From the IMG/VR virus record IMGVR_UViG_3300038556_000041, positions 1 through 50,133 of that record: a DNA stretch of 50,133 nt; one strand, given 5' to 3'. Positions within the stretch are counted from its first letter, which is position 1, and each line of letters starts with the position of its first letter. Below are positions 26,078 to 34,909 of the stretch, piece by piece. This DNA is from a virus (taxonomy: Duplodnaviria > Caudoviricetes). Under the pieces are notes generated by a model. The model saw only the letters and a list, made by a program, of their open reading frames with translations, did not search any database and was not told the origin of the DNA. The translations under genes were made by a program, and so were the position numbers.

Positions 26078-26426
26078 CGTCGCCGGATCCGGCAAGTGGA
26101 CCGAAGATGCTTTCGAGCTGTGCGAGTTCATCACCACTCAACTTGGTCAGGTCGACGGTCGGGATCGGCCCGCCGTTCGGCCCCGAATGCTCGTGCGACT
26201 GTCTGGCCTTGCCATATGCGCGATCAAGAATGGAATTCGCCGCCGCCACCCGAGCGCTCTCGCTTTCGCCCTTCTTGGCGATGTCGACGAGGACGCCAAG
26301 CGCCGTAGAAGTGTGCGCGCGCGCGAGGTCGGACAACGTGGCCTTGTGCGCCGCTGTGGCCCTTGAACGCGCTCCTGCGGGTCTTCCTGCGCCGGGGCGG
26401 GCGCCTCCTCGCGCTTTGCCTGCCAT
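26034..26426 (-). CDS. terS: Terminase small subunit
   Basis: RGGARPGAGRP N-terminus, ARVAAANSILDRAYGK, EHSGPNGGPI; upstream of terL. Confidence 0.82.
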   Translation of the reverse strand: MAGKARGGARPGAGRPAGARSRATAAHKATLSDLARAHTSTALGVLVDIAKKGESESARVAAANSILDRAYGKARQSHEHSGPNGGPIPTVDLTKLSGDELAQLESIFGPLAGSGDDDAADPAGEGAQAG

Positions 26427-26509
26427 ATTTGATTTCCAATTGATTTCCGCGGCGCTTTTCAAACCGCATGCATGATGCTTGGATGCACGCCCGATTGAAG
26501 GAGCCCCTA

Positions 26510-26764
26510 ATGGCCAACGCATACTACAAGGACATCCAGCGAGGAGCCCAAGCGAAAGTCTTTACCGCCTCGGCGAAAAGCGAAGGCCTGACTGGCTTAC
26601 CCACAACGGATTTCGAGACGGCCGAAGAAGCGTTTGCCGCAGCCGTAGCCGCTCGTGACTCCGGGGAACACGCCATGGTTCGCGCCTGGGTAGAAGGAGC
26701 CGGTATGGTCGACTTCCCACTAATCCAAGAGGTGCATGAGTACTGGACACAGAACCCGGAATGA
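26510..26764 (+). CDS. Hypothetical moron-like protein
   Basis: AAGGAG RBS, ATG 26510; opposite strand between terS and the late regulator. Confidence 0.65.
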   Translation: MANAYYKDIQRGAQAKVFTASAKSEGLTGLPTTDFETAEEAFAAAVAARDSGEHAMVRAWVEGAGMVDFPLIQEVHEYWTQNPE

Positions 26765-26777
26765 TTTGGCGCGGCCG

Positions 26778-27464
26778 CTACGCAGCCTCGTTCTTCCGCC
26801 TGGCGGCCTCGCGCTGGCGCCGGCGCTCATTGCGCTTCGCGGCCCAGCTGAAATCGTGCTTCACATCTACGAGGAACGGGGTGAACGCGTCGTCTGCGGC
26901 CCAATTGTTGAGCCCTTCCCTGCGGCCCACATCTTCCTCGACTGTATCCAGAACATCGCTGATTTCCGGCCCACTGTGCAACAGGGGTGAACGATGGATA
27001 TTGCTATTCTGCACAACGCTGCGGGATAGGTGTGCGTAAATTCGAGTCAGGGCGCGATCTTTTCGCCTCCGGCCGGTCTCTGGATGGATGCCCTCAATCT
27101 GGAAGCACCAGCGACGGAATGACTTGCCGCCGACCTTCGACCGGGCCCATGCGAGCAGCGCGCGGCGCTGGCCATCATCCTCGACCAGCATGAGCAGGTC
27201 GTATAGCCCGTCGAGCTCCGCGATCTCCTGCGCCGTCGGCGTGAGGCCCATACGCTCCCAGAACGCCTTGCGCTCTTCTGCCAGCGGATCGGCGCCGCGC
27301 TCGAGCTTGTCGCCCGGCTCTTTGCGCCAGCCGGCCTTGTCGGCATAGGAGTGGACGTAGGGCAGCGCCTGGGCGCGTAGCGGCTTCGGCCCGACGTGCT
27401 CGCGACTGGCGCGCTCGACCTCCGCCGCCCTGATGAACTTCTCCGCGATTTCACCGATGTTCAT
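26778..27464 (-). CDS. Putative late-gene regulator (Q-position protein)
   Basis: Last gene of the middle operon before terS; basic HTH-like segment. Function inferred from position. Confidence 0.45.
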   Translation of the reverse strand: MNIGEIAEKFIRAAEVERASREHVGPKPLRAQALPYVHSYADKAGWRKEPGDKLERGADPLAEERKAFWERMGLTPTAQEIAELDGLYDLLMLVEDDGQRRALLAWARSKVGGKSFRRWCFQIEGIHPETGRRRKDRALTRIYAHLSRSVVQNSNIHRSPLLHSGPEISDVLDTVEEDVGRREGLNNWAADDAFTPFLVDVKHDFSWAAKRNERRRQREAARRKNEAA

Positions 27465-27907
27465 GTCCGCCTCCTGTCATCGAGAATGTCGAGCTGATCC
27501 GCATCAGGCTTGAACCGTCTATATAGGCGCTCGTAGATCATGCCGCCGAGCGCGTATCTCTGGGGTATGATGCCGGAGAGGTCCTGGCAGACGAACTGCA
27601 ACTCGCCGCCAGGGATCGTGTCCCAGACCTCCAGCCAATCGCCGGCGCGCTGCTCGATCATCTGCCGGCATTTGCGCACCATGTCGCTCGCCATCCACAA
27701 ACCGACCTCGTCGAGCAGGATCTTGTTGTTCGCCGTCTCGACCAGCGTCGAGAGCACGAGACGGATGTGCCCTTCGCCGTACCGGCGCCAGATGCGATCG
27801 ATCGTGGCGATGGCGCGTGTCTCGCCGGGCTCGGGATAGCGGTGCTTGTCCACGATCCGGATGCCGAACTCGTCGCAAATGCTCTGGATGTGCGCAGGTA
27901 CGATCAT
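27461..27907 (-). CDS. Hypothetical phage protein
   Basis: ATGA-coupled; GGAGG RBS. Confidence 0.7.
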   Translation of the reverse strand: MIVPAHIQSICDEFGIRIVDKHRYPEPGETRAIATIDRIWRRYGEGHIRLVLSTLVETANNKILLDEVGLWMASDMVRKCRQMIEQRAGDWLEVWDTIPGGELQFVCQDLSGIIPQRYALGGMIYERLYRRFKPDADQLDILDDRRRT

Positions 27908-28113
27908 ACGGCCTCCCTGGGCACCGGCGGCGGGAATTGCGCCTGCAGCCGGCCGAACATCGGATCGCCGCTCGTATCGAGGCAGTCGGCCGGAACCGGC
28001 ACCGCCGTTGAATACCGATCTTCCTCGCCCTTCGGCGCGCGAGGCCTCTCGACGTGATAGACGGCGGGGCACCAGCGCCCGTTCGTCCTCTCCCACCTGA
28101 ACCACTTTGTCAT
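27904..28113 (-). CDS. Hypothetical phage protein
   Basis: ATGA-coupled on both sides. Confidence 0.6.
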   Translation of the reverse strand: MTKWFRWERTNGRWCPAVYHVERPRAPKGEEDRYSTAVPVPADCLDTSGDPMFGRLQAQFPPPVPREAV

Positions 28114-28361
28114 TCCGCGGCCTCCATGTATCGCAGCGCCGATCGCTCCGGGATCGGATCGCCGAGCAGGCGCCCGGTCAGCGAGCGGCGGTCGGGCACA
28201 CCCGCCCAAATCCGCCGGCGCTCGACATGTTCGTGCGGGATGTGAACGACATGGGCCATGCCTGCCGCTTCCATGCCGGCCGCGGCTTCGCGGATCATCT
28301 CGCGCATCTCCACGGCGAGACGCTGCTTTCGGGCGATGTCGCTCGGGCTGCCCTTCCTCAT
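28110..28361 (-). CDS. Hypothetical phage protein
   Basis: GGAGGAGG RBS; ATGA-coupled. Confidence 0.6.
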   Translation of the reverse strand: MRKGSPSDIARKQRLAVEMREMIREAAAGMEAAGMAHVVHIPHEHVERRRIWAGVPDRRSLTGRLLGDPIPERSALRYMEAAE

Positions 28362-28714
28362 CGCGCCCTCCTCCGCTCGACGACGATCTGACGGCCTTTG
28401 GCGAACAGCGTCTCGGGACCGAGGAAGGCGCGGGCGCGCTCCTCTGCGGCTTCCGCCTCCTTGCGCTGGCGCCACTCGGCGACCTCGTCAAGCATTGCAT
28501 CGGGCTCGATCGTCTCAGCGCGGATGACCGGGTTCAGGATCGTCTTCACACACTCTCGCGCCGCGTCGATCGCCTGGGTGGCGGTGTCGCACTCGACGGG
28601 CTGGCCATCCTTGCGCACGAAGCGCCAGTTCTCACCGGCGAAGAGCTTGAACAGCGGGCGATAGCGCGAGCCGTAGGGCATCTGGCTGTACTCGGGCAGA
28701 AAGTCCTTGGTCAT
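28358..28714 (-). CDS. Hypothetical phage protein
   Basis: Coupled to the flanking genes. Confidence 0.65.
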   Translation of the reverse strand: MTKDFLPEYSQMPYGSRYRPLFKLFAGENWRFVRKDGQPVECDTATQAIDAARECVKTILNPVIRAETIEPDAMLDEVAEWRQRKEAEAAEERARAFLGPETLFAKGRQIVVERRRAR

Positions 28715-28715
28715 G

Positions 28716-30167
28716 TCAGAAGCCCTCGAATGCTGGCGGCATCTCGTCGGACGACGAGGAGAACATGGTGAACTCGCCGTCGAACCGGATTTCAGGTGAT
28801 TGGCCGGGCTCGCCGCGCCGGCGCTTGTGATTGATGACCCACGCCTTGCCGCGGCTCATCTCGAGCTTTTCGATCATGACCTCGCGCTTGGTCTTCTCTC
28901 CGTCGCGGGCGCGTTCCGGCGGCATGGTGGGGATCAGTTCGCGATAGAGCGGCTCGGGGCGGTAAAGCGAGAACCAGACGTCGAGGCTCTGCTTGATCGA
29001 GCCGCCGCCATACGCATCGCCCATGACGGGGCGGATCGAGCTGCCAGAGCGCCAACGATTCTTCCAGTCGTCGTTCCGCTGGATCAGGATCACGATGGCG
29101 ACGTTCAGCGTCTTCGCCAGCGCCTTGAGGCCGCGATAGAGCGCATTGATCCGCTCGGCGAACATGTCCTTGGGATTCGGCAGCGTGATCATCTTCGCGT
29201 GGTCGATGACGATGAGGTCGAGCCCATGGCTCTTGACCATCGCCTCCGCCTTGATCCGGATGTCCGAGAGCGTGCACTCGCCAAAGCCGACGATGTAGAA
29301 TGGCAGATCGGTCGAGGCCATCATCTCCGCCTCGAGGTCGGCCTTCTCCTTCGAATTGAGCGTGAAGTTGTCGATCCGTCCGAGGCTGATCTTGCTGTGC
29401 TGCGCCGCGGCCTGGAGCGCGGCCTCCTCTTCGGTGACCTCGATAGAGAAGAACGCCGACTTGAAGCCTCGTCCTGCCACGAAACGGCATTGCTGCAGGC
29501 TGAATGATGTTTTGCCGCCGCCCGAATCCGACATCAGGCCGATCAGGTTGCCGCGGCGAATGTCGCCGAGCGCCAGGCCGATCTCGGGAAGGAACCATGG
29601 AATGCGCGACGCGCTGTTGTCGCTGTCCTTCGCCGCCTTGTCGACAGCGGCCGGGAGTACCACGCCATACTTCGTCGACCCGGCGCGCTCGTTGCCCTCC
29701 TGGGCGATCCGGGCGAGCTCGCCGGCGGCATGGCCAATGATCCTCTCCGGCGTCATGTCGGCCGGCATGGAGCGCGCCATTTCGATGACGTCTTCCATGC
29801 GGGCGATGATCTGGTGCCGCGACCACATTTCGATAATGGCGCGGGCATAGTCATAGGCGTTGATGACGTTGATCGCGCCTGCGGCCAGCCGGGCGAGGTA
29901 GGCCGTGATCGTAATGTCGCCAATCATCAGGCCAGCGGGCATGTAGGGGTTGAGCGTGACCGGGTTCGCCGAGCGCCCGCTTGAGATCAACGTGCCCATC
30001 GTCTCGTAGATCAGCCGGTGCACATCCTCTTTGAAGTGCTGACCCTTGAGGAAACCCGCAACGCGCCAGTAGGCGTCAGCGTTCAGCATGATGGCGCCGA
30101 GCAGCGCGCACTCCGCATCAACAGCATCTGGAAGGGCTGGTTTGAGATCGCGAGCAAATGCGTTCAT
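28716..30167 (-). CDS. dnaB: DnaB-like replicative helicase (divergent)
   Basis: N-terminal DAECALLGAIML DnaB domain; Walker A SDSGGGKT, FSIE, Walker B IVIDH, KALAKTLNV, GSIKQSLD, KRRRG. Confidence 0.85.
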   Translation of the reverse strand: MNAFARDLKPALPDAVDAECALLGAIMLNADAYWRVAGFLKGQHFKEDVHRLIYETMGTLISSGRSANPVTLNPYMPAGLMIGDITITAYLARLAAGAINVINAYDYARAIIEMWSRHQIIARMEDVIEMARSMPADMTPERIIGHAAGELARIAQEGNERAGSTKYGVVLPAAVDKAAKDSDNSASRIPWFLPEIGLALGDIRRGNLIGLMSDSGGGKTSFSLQQCRFVAGRGFKSAFFSIEVTEEEAALQAAAQHSKISLGRIDNFTLNSKEKADLEAEMMASTDLPFYIVGFGECTLSDIRIKAEAMVKSHGLDLIVIDHAKMITLPNPKDMFAERINALYRGLKALAKTLNVAIVILIQRNDDWKNRWRSGSSIRPVMGDAYGGGSIKQSLDVWFSLYRPEPLYRELIPTMPPERARDGEKTKREVMIEKLEMSRGKAWVINHKRRRGEPGQSPEIRFDGEFTMFSSSSDEMPPAFEGF

Positions 30168-30802
30168 GCCGCCCTCGCCTGTCGCTGTGACGCGACTTCC
30201 AAGTCGTGCTCCATCTTGCGCACCGCGTCACAGGACTTGCCCGCAAACGCAATCCAGCATGCCTCCGCCATATCGTCGTTGGTGGCGGCAATGCGCATCT
30301 GGGCGCACGTCTGTCGCGCGTGACGCTTCCAGTCGTTGCGATCCCAACCCTTTCGGGTGCCGAAGCCGTAGGCAGGCTTGCGCCACTCTGACGAGGTCAT
30401 CTCCTGAAATGGAATCTGGTACGCTCCCAGGATGGCACAGACCGCCGCCGCCATTTGGTTGGTGGACAAGGTCGATTGCAGACCACCGCCCCCACCCTCC
30501 GCCTCGTCGCCAAGCTGGGCGGGAATATCGGCGCCCATGAACTTGACCTTTTGCGTCTTCCGGCCACCACCGAAAGCGCCGGCCGGCTGGCGCGGCGCCT
30601 TCTCAATCACTGCGAAATCCGGCTTTCCCGTTTCCTTGATCAAGCGCACGAGCGCGAAGCCAAGTCGCCCCGCATTCTGTTCGAACAGGCCCTTGCCTGC
30701 CTTGGCCTTCAGCACTCCGCAACGGATGGCCGAAAGCTCCGCCTTCGTGTCGTAGATCGCCCATCCCGTTGACTGGGAGGGATCAAGGCCGAGGATGAGC
30801 AT
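30164..30802 (-). CDS. RuvC-like Holliday junction resolvase
   Basis: ILGLDPSQSTGWA, AVIEKA, SEWRK and NDDMAEA motifs. Confidence 0.8.
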   Translation of the reverse strand: MLILGLDPSQSTGWAIYDTKAELSAIRCGVLKAKAGKGLFEQNAGRLGFALVRLIKETGKPDFAVIEKAPRQPAGAFGGGRKTQKVKFMGADIPAQLGDEAEGGGGGLQSTLSTNQMAAAVCAILGAYQIPFQEMTSSEWRKPAYGFGTRKGWDRNDWKRHARQTCAQMRIAATNDDMAEACWIAFAGKSCDAVRKMEHDLEVASQRQARAA

Positions 30803-31353
30803 CAGGCAGCCTCGTCTTCTTCGAAGGGATCGCCGTCGGCTTCTTCCTGCCCCTTGATCAGCTCGTCCTTCGCCGCCTCGGCTTCCTTCTTCTTGATGCC
30901 GGCGAACAGAGCGCCCTGCCCTTCGTGCCAGCCCTTGGCGTATGCCTGACCTTCGGCTGATGCCTCGTTGTAGGGATTCGCCAGCGTGTCGCCGCGAAGT
31001 CCGGCTTCCTCACCATCACGGAACGCCCGGTCTTCCAGCGGCGCGCGATCGTCGAAGATGTCGAGCTGCGTGTTGATGGCGATGCCGGCGAACCGCATGG
31101 CCTGGCGCTCGGCTTCCTGCTTGGCCTTGATCTCGGCGAGGCCTTCGGTCGTCTGCGCCTTCTCGTAGGCCTTGATCTGGTCGAGGCCGTTGGCGCCGAG
31201 GTCGGCCTTGATGACCTTGCCGACGCGCTTCATCTCGGCGTTCGCGAGCTGCTGCGCTTCCTTCGCGGCGAGGTACGCGCGGCGATTGATAAAGAACAGG
31301 ACCTTCCGATCCGCCTCGCTGAGATCGCCGCCGTTGTGTCCGATGCCGGTCAT
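30802..31353 (-). CDS. Hypothetical protein with IGHN N-terminus and an RMF-like segment
   Basis: RAFRDGEEAGLRG...NPY...AYAKGWHEG resembles the ribosome modulation factor pattern. Confidence 0.55.
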   Translation of the reverse strand: MTGIGHNGGDLSEADRKVLFFINRRAYLAAKEAQQLANAEMKRVGKVIKADLGANGLDQIKAYEKAQTTEGLAEIKAKQEAERQAMRFAGIAINTQLDIFDDRAPLEDRAFRDGEEAGLRGDTLANPYNEASAEGQAYAKGWHEGQGALFAGIKKKEAEAAKDELIKGQEEADGDPFEEDEAA

Positions 31354-31514
31354 GCCAGTGCTCCTTCCATTGGATCGATCGATTGATTGAGGGCTGCAAC
31401 CTCATCGCGCCGGGCGCATTGAGTCGCGTTCTGATTCGCGTGAGGTGCGTGGTGGGTGACGGCCCGAACAAGATCCCGATCGACAAGTCGCGGCACGTGG
31501 CTCAGCGCCGGGCC

Positions 31515-31697
31515 ATGGCTGAGTGGCGCGGGCGGCAGCGGGTCGTCATCACGCGCGAGACTTTCGGCGCGACGCACACGGCGCGGGTTCTGGTCGACGA
31601 CGAGTTCTACGACGTGGACGACCGCGACCTTCGTATGCTGCGCGCTGGCGCCACGCCGGCCGAACTCGAGCTTTATCCGGTCGCCGAGGACGAATAG
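31515..31697 (+). CDS. Small hypothetical protein
   Basis: ORF upstream of and nearly abutting the DUF982 gene. Start uncertain (31383 or 31515). Confidence 0.45.
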   Translation: MAEWRGRQRVVITRETFGATHTARVLVDDEFYDVDDRDLRMLRAGATPAELELYPVAEDE

Positions 31698-31700
31698 CCA

Positions 31701-32030
31701 ATGACGCTTGAACGCATTTGGTGGGACGCACCGGTGACGATCATTCCCGGCAAGGAAGGCACCCGACTGCACGTCAACAATACGGCTCAAGCCCGGCGTG
31801 TTCTGGAAGAGGAATGGCCTATCGAGCGCGGGCCGCGCCTGGAGGCCGCGCGCCAGGCGGTCCACAACGTGAAGGTCTCCGCACTGAAAGCGCGGGAGGC
31901 ATTCTACGCCGCAGCGGAGGAAGCCGGCATCGTGACCATAACGACAGTTGCGCCGCCGTCGATCCCGGCGAGCGAAGGTCCGACGCTCTGGGGCCGCGGG
32001 CGAAAGCGGAAGCTGAAGCGCGATATGTGA
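31701..32030 (+). CDS. DUF982 family protein
   Basis: WDAPVTI...EWPIERG...AREAFYAAAEEAGI pattern. Confidence 0.75.
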   Translation: MTLERIWWDAPVTIIPGKEGTRLHVNNTAQARRVLEEEWPIERGPRLEAARQAVHNVKVSALKAREAFYAAAEEAGIVTITTVAPPSIPASEGPTLWGRGRKRKLKRDM

Positions 32031-32032
32031 GG

Positions 32033-32707
32033 TCATACGGCTTCACCTCCGAAGAGTTCAGCCTGCCGCGCATCTTTCCGGTCGAGCATCCGCAGCACCG
32101 TCTCGCCCTGATGCTGTCGATCCCAGACGAACCATCCATTGAGCATCGGTGGGGCGCCCTGCCCGGTGAAGTCGATCTTCCACCGCATGAGGTAGACGCG
32201 AGCGGGCGGATACTTCACCCAGAACGGTGCGAGACCGCCGGCGCCGGGGAACGACCAGTTCATCAGCAGCGCCATATACTCGACGTCGAGGGTGTCGAGC
32301 GCGTGATAGAGCCAACGCGCTTTGCCGTTGCCCCAACCGCACTCTTGAAAGGGTGGGTTCGTGACGATGGCGCGCGGGCCGCGCGTGAAGCTGTAAAAGT
32401 CGGCAATCATAGCGTCGCAGCCGCGATCGATGAGGTCGGACTTCTGGACCTTCAGCCCGAGCGCTTCCATCTCGCGGACCATGGCGCCATCGCCGGCCGC
32501 CGGTTCCCAGATGCAGGGAAAGTCCCGCAGGCGATCTATCTCCGCGTGGAGGAGCGCGCGCGTCGGCTCTGGCGGGGTCGGATAGAAGTCGTCCTTCTCG
32601 CGCTCGAGCGCATCCGTCTTCGTGTAAGACCCATCGAGCAGACGAGTGGCAACTGGCTTCGAAGCCTTGCCCGTCGCGCGAAACAGTCCTCGTGCGGAGG
32701 CGCTCAT
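32033..32707 (-). CDS. Amino-DNA methyltransferase (N6-A/N4-C type)
   Basis: DFYPTP, WEPAAGDG (motif I), VTNPPF (motif IV). Confidence 0.8.
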   Translation of the reverse strand: MSASARGLFRATGKASKPVATRLLDGSYTKTDALEREKDDFYPTPPEPTRALLHAEIDRLRDFPCIWEPAAGDGAMVREMEALGLKVQKSDLIDRGCDAMIADFYSFTRGPRAIVTNPPFQECGWGNGKARWLYHALDTLDVEYMALLMNWSFPGAGGLAPFWVKYPPARVYLMRWKIDFTGQGAPPMLNGWFVWDRQHQGETVLRMLDRKDARQAELFGGEAV

Positions 32708-32793
32708 CGCATCCCACTCCATGCGAGCCCAGCTATGCCAGCGGAGGACAGGAGAGAGAGAATGAGGAAAAGGCGGAGGGAGGTCGCGGTCAC
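32704..32793 (-). CDS. 29-aa hydrophobic peptide (MTATSLRLFLILSLLSSAGIAGLAWSGMR)
   Basis: GTGA overlap with the C5 MTase stop and ATGA overlap with the amino-MTase start. Confidence 0.55.
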   Translation of the reverse strand: MTATSLRLFLILSLLSSAGIAGLAWSGMR

Positions 32794-34745
32794 TCGGCTG
32801 CTTCCTTCATTTCGACGAGGTGGGCGCAGTTCGCAGCGACCAGAGCCTGGGCGAGCGGCGGGCAGACGCTGTTGCCGCAGCACGAGCCTTGCACCGTCGC
32901 TGAGATCGGCGAGCCGTTCGGCCGGCGGTCGATGATGTAGCTGTCAGGAAAGCCCTGCGCGCGGAATCGCTCGCGCGGCGTCAGCATGCGCATGCCGATA
33001 TCGGCGATGGCATAGGTCTGCCCGTCGATGTCGAGCGTCACGAGGCCGAAGCGATCCTTCACCGTGTCGGTGTGCATCGGATCGTCGACCGGCGCGCCGT
33101 CGCCCGTCCCGTAATACTTCGTCAGGAAGCCGGAGATCAGCGCCGCGTGCGTACCTTGCGCCGAGAGCGTCGGCACCGGCCCGTCGGCGGGCGCATCGCG
33201 TCGATCACTGCCGCGCATGTTCTGCAGGTGCGCCGCGATGACGGATTGCTGCGAGCCAGTCGCCGTGATCGTTGCGACCGGACGATCCGCAGGCTGGCCG
33301 GGATTGACCCCGCCGATGCGCCGGCTGTCGTTGTTGTGCTGAGCAAGAAACGCCGAGATGACGCCGAACTTCGGTGCACCGGCCATGACCGTGTCGACAG
33401 GCTCGTCGGCTGCACTGCCTACACCATTCTGGGTGAAGCGCGACAGGTGGACCGCCGCGACGGCGTGCTTTGCAGCGCCGCCTACCTGCGTGCCGATGGG
33501 CCGCTCGATGTCGAGCGCCCGCGGCGCCTGCCCTTCCCGCTCGCCATAGCCGGTTTGCACCATGGTTGCAGCAACGAGGCCGATCGGAGCAGCGCCGCCG
33601 GGCCGCTGGATATAGCTGTTGGCTGTGATCGTCGGCACCGGCTCAGCGAGAGCGGAGCCAGTCGACCCCGACTGGAACTTGGTCAGGTGAGCCGCGATGA
33701 CCGCGTTCTGGTCTTTCGGGCTGGCCGTGATCGTGTGCAGCGGCTCGTCGACAGCGCGGCTCGATCCGCCGTGCTGGGCAGCCGTGACGACCGGCATCAC
33801 GAGACCCCACGCATCGCGCGCCGCAGCGACGGTGTGCGCAGGCTCGTCGAGCCCCTGCCCGCGGAAATGCGCACCGCCGTGGTTGGCGACCACGATGAAC
33901 GGCTTCTTCGCCTCCAGCACGTAGCGCATCACCCCGCGCGCGATCCGGCGCATGGTCGCGTCGGCGAGCGGGCGGATGGCGCGCACGCGATGCTTCGCCA
34001 TGATCTCCGCCGAACTGTCGAAGATCGATGGGCACGGCAGCGACCAGTCGATGATCTCCGCCGCCGTGCGCCACGGCAAGAGCTTGCCCGCCGCGATCAG
34101 CTTGGCGTCGGCCGGCTTTTTCGGATCGCCATGCGTGCGCTTCGGCCAGACGATCGGCTGCCCGTCGCGCCGCGCGATCATGAAGAACCGCTTGCGGATC
34201 GTCGGCGCACCATAGTCGCAGGCGCGCAGCTCGCGCCACTGGCAACGGTAGCCCGCCTTCTTCAGCCGCTTCATCCACTGCTCGAAGATCAGCCCGCGCA
34301 TCTCCGGGATCGGCTTGCCTTCGTTGCAGAGCGGACCCCAGGTGCGGAACTCCTCGACGTTCTCGAGGATGATGACGTCGGGCTTCGCCTCTTCGGCCCA
34401 GCGCACCACGACCCATGCGAGGTCGCGGATGTTGCGGTCCATGGGCTTGCCGCCCTTGGCCTTGGAGAAGTGCTTGCAGTCGGGCGAGGCCCAGAACAAG
34501 CCAACCGGCCTGCCCTTCGTCACCTCGATCGGCGAGACGTCCCAGATGTTGCTGTCGAGATGCAGGGTGTCGGGATGGTTGACCTCGTGCATCGCGAGCG
34601 CGTCGGCCGAGTGGTTGATCGCCACGTCCGGCGAGCGCCCGAGCGCCATCTCGATACCGGTCGACGCACCGCCGCCGCCGGCGAAGCTGTCGATGATCAT
34701 GGGGCGCACTCCGCCGGCGCCAGCGTGTTCAAACTCTGCCCGCAT
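32790..34745 (-). CDS. DNA cytosine-5 methyltransferase with a long repetitive variable region
   Basis: FAGGGG (I), SPDCKHFS (IV), LENVEEF (VI), TIRKRFF (VIII), RMLTPRERFRAQGF (IX), GNSV (X). Confidence 0.92.
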   Translation of the reverse strand: MRAEFEHAGAGGVRPMIIDSFAGGGGASTGIEMALGRSPDVAINHSADALAMHEVNHPDTLHLDSNIWDVSPIEVTKGRPVGLFWASPDCKHFSKAKGGKPMDRNIRDLAWVVVRWAEEAKPDVIILENVEEFRTWGPLCNEGKPIPEMRGLIFEQWMKRLKKAGYRCQWRELRACDYGAPTIRKRFFMIARRDGQPIVWPKRTHGDPKKPADAKLIAAGKLLPWRTAAEIIDWSLPCPSIFDSSAEIMAKHRVRAIRPLADATMRRIARGVMRYVLEAKKPFIVVANHGGAHFRGQGLDEPAHTVAAARDAWGLVMPVVTAAQHGGSSRAVDEPLHTITASPKDQNAVIAAHLTKFQSGSTGSALAEPVPTITANSYIQRPGGAAPIGLVAATMVQTGYGEREGQAPRALDIERPIGTQVGGAAKHAVAAVHLSRFTQNGVGSAADEPVDTVMAGAPKFGVISAFLAQHNNDSRRIGGVNPGQPADRPVATITATGSQQSVIAAHLQNMRGSDRRDAPADGPVPTLSAQGTHAALISGFLTKYYGTGDGAPVDDPMHTDTVKDRFGLVTLDIDGQTYAIADIGMRMLTPRERFRAQGFPDSYIIDRRPNGSPISATVQGSCCGNSVCPPLAQALVAANCAHLVEMKEAAE

Positions 34746-34909
34746 CACCAAGCCCACCCTGACGCGCGCTGAACGCCCGAAGGCTCCGACATGCCAAGAG
34801 CGCTCGCATCGAAAACGATCAGAGCAATGACGATGGCAGCGGCAGCCATGACGCCGGCATAGAGCAGCGGACGGCCCTTCCCTGATCGCATCCGTTCAGT
34901 TTCGAGCAT
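34745..34909 (-). CDS. Small single-TM protein
   Basis: One hydrophobic helix; stop overlaps the MTase start. Confidence 0.5.
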   Translation of the reverse strand: MLETERMRSGKGRPLLYAGVMAAAAIVIALIVFDASALGMSEPSGVQRASGWAW

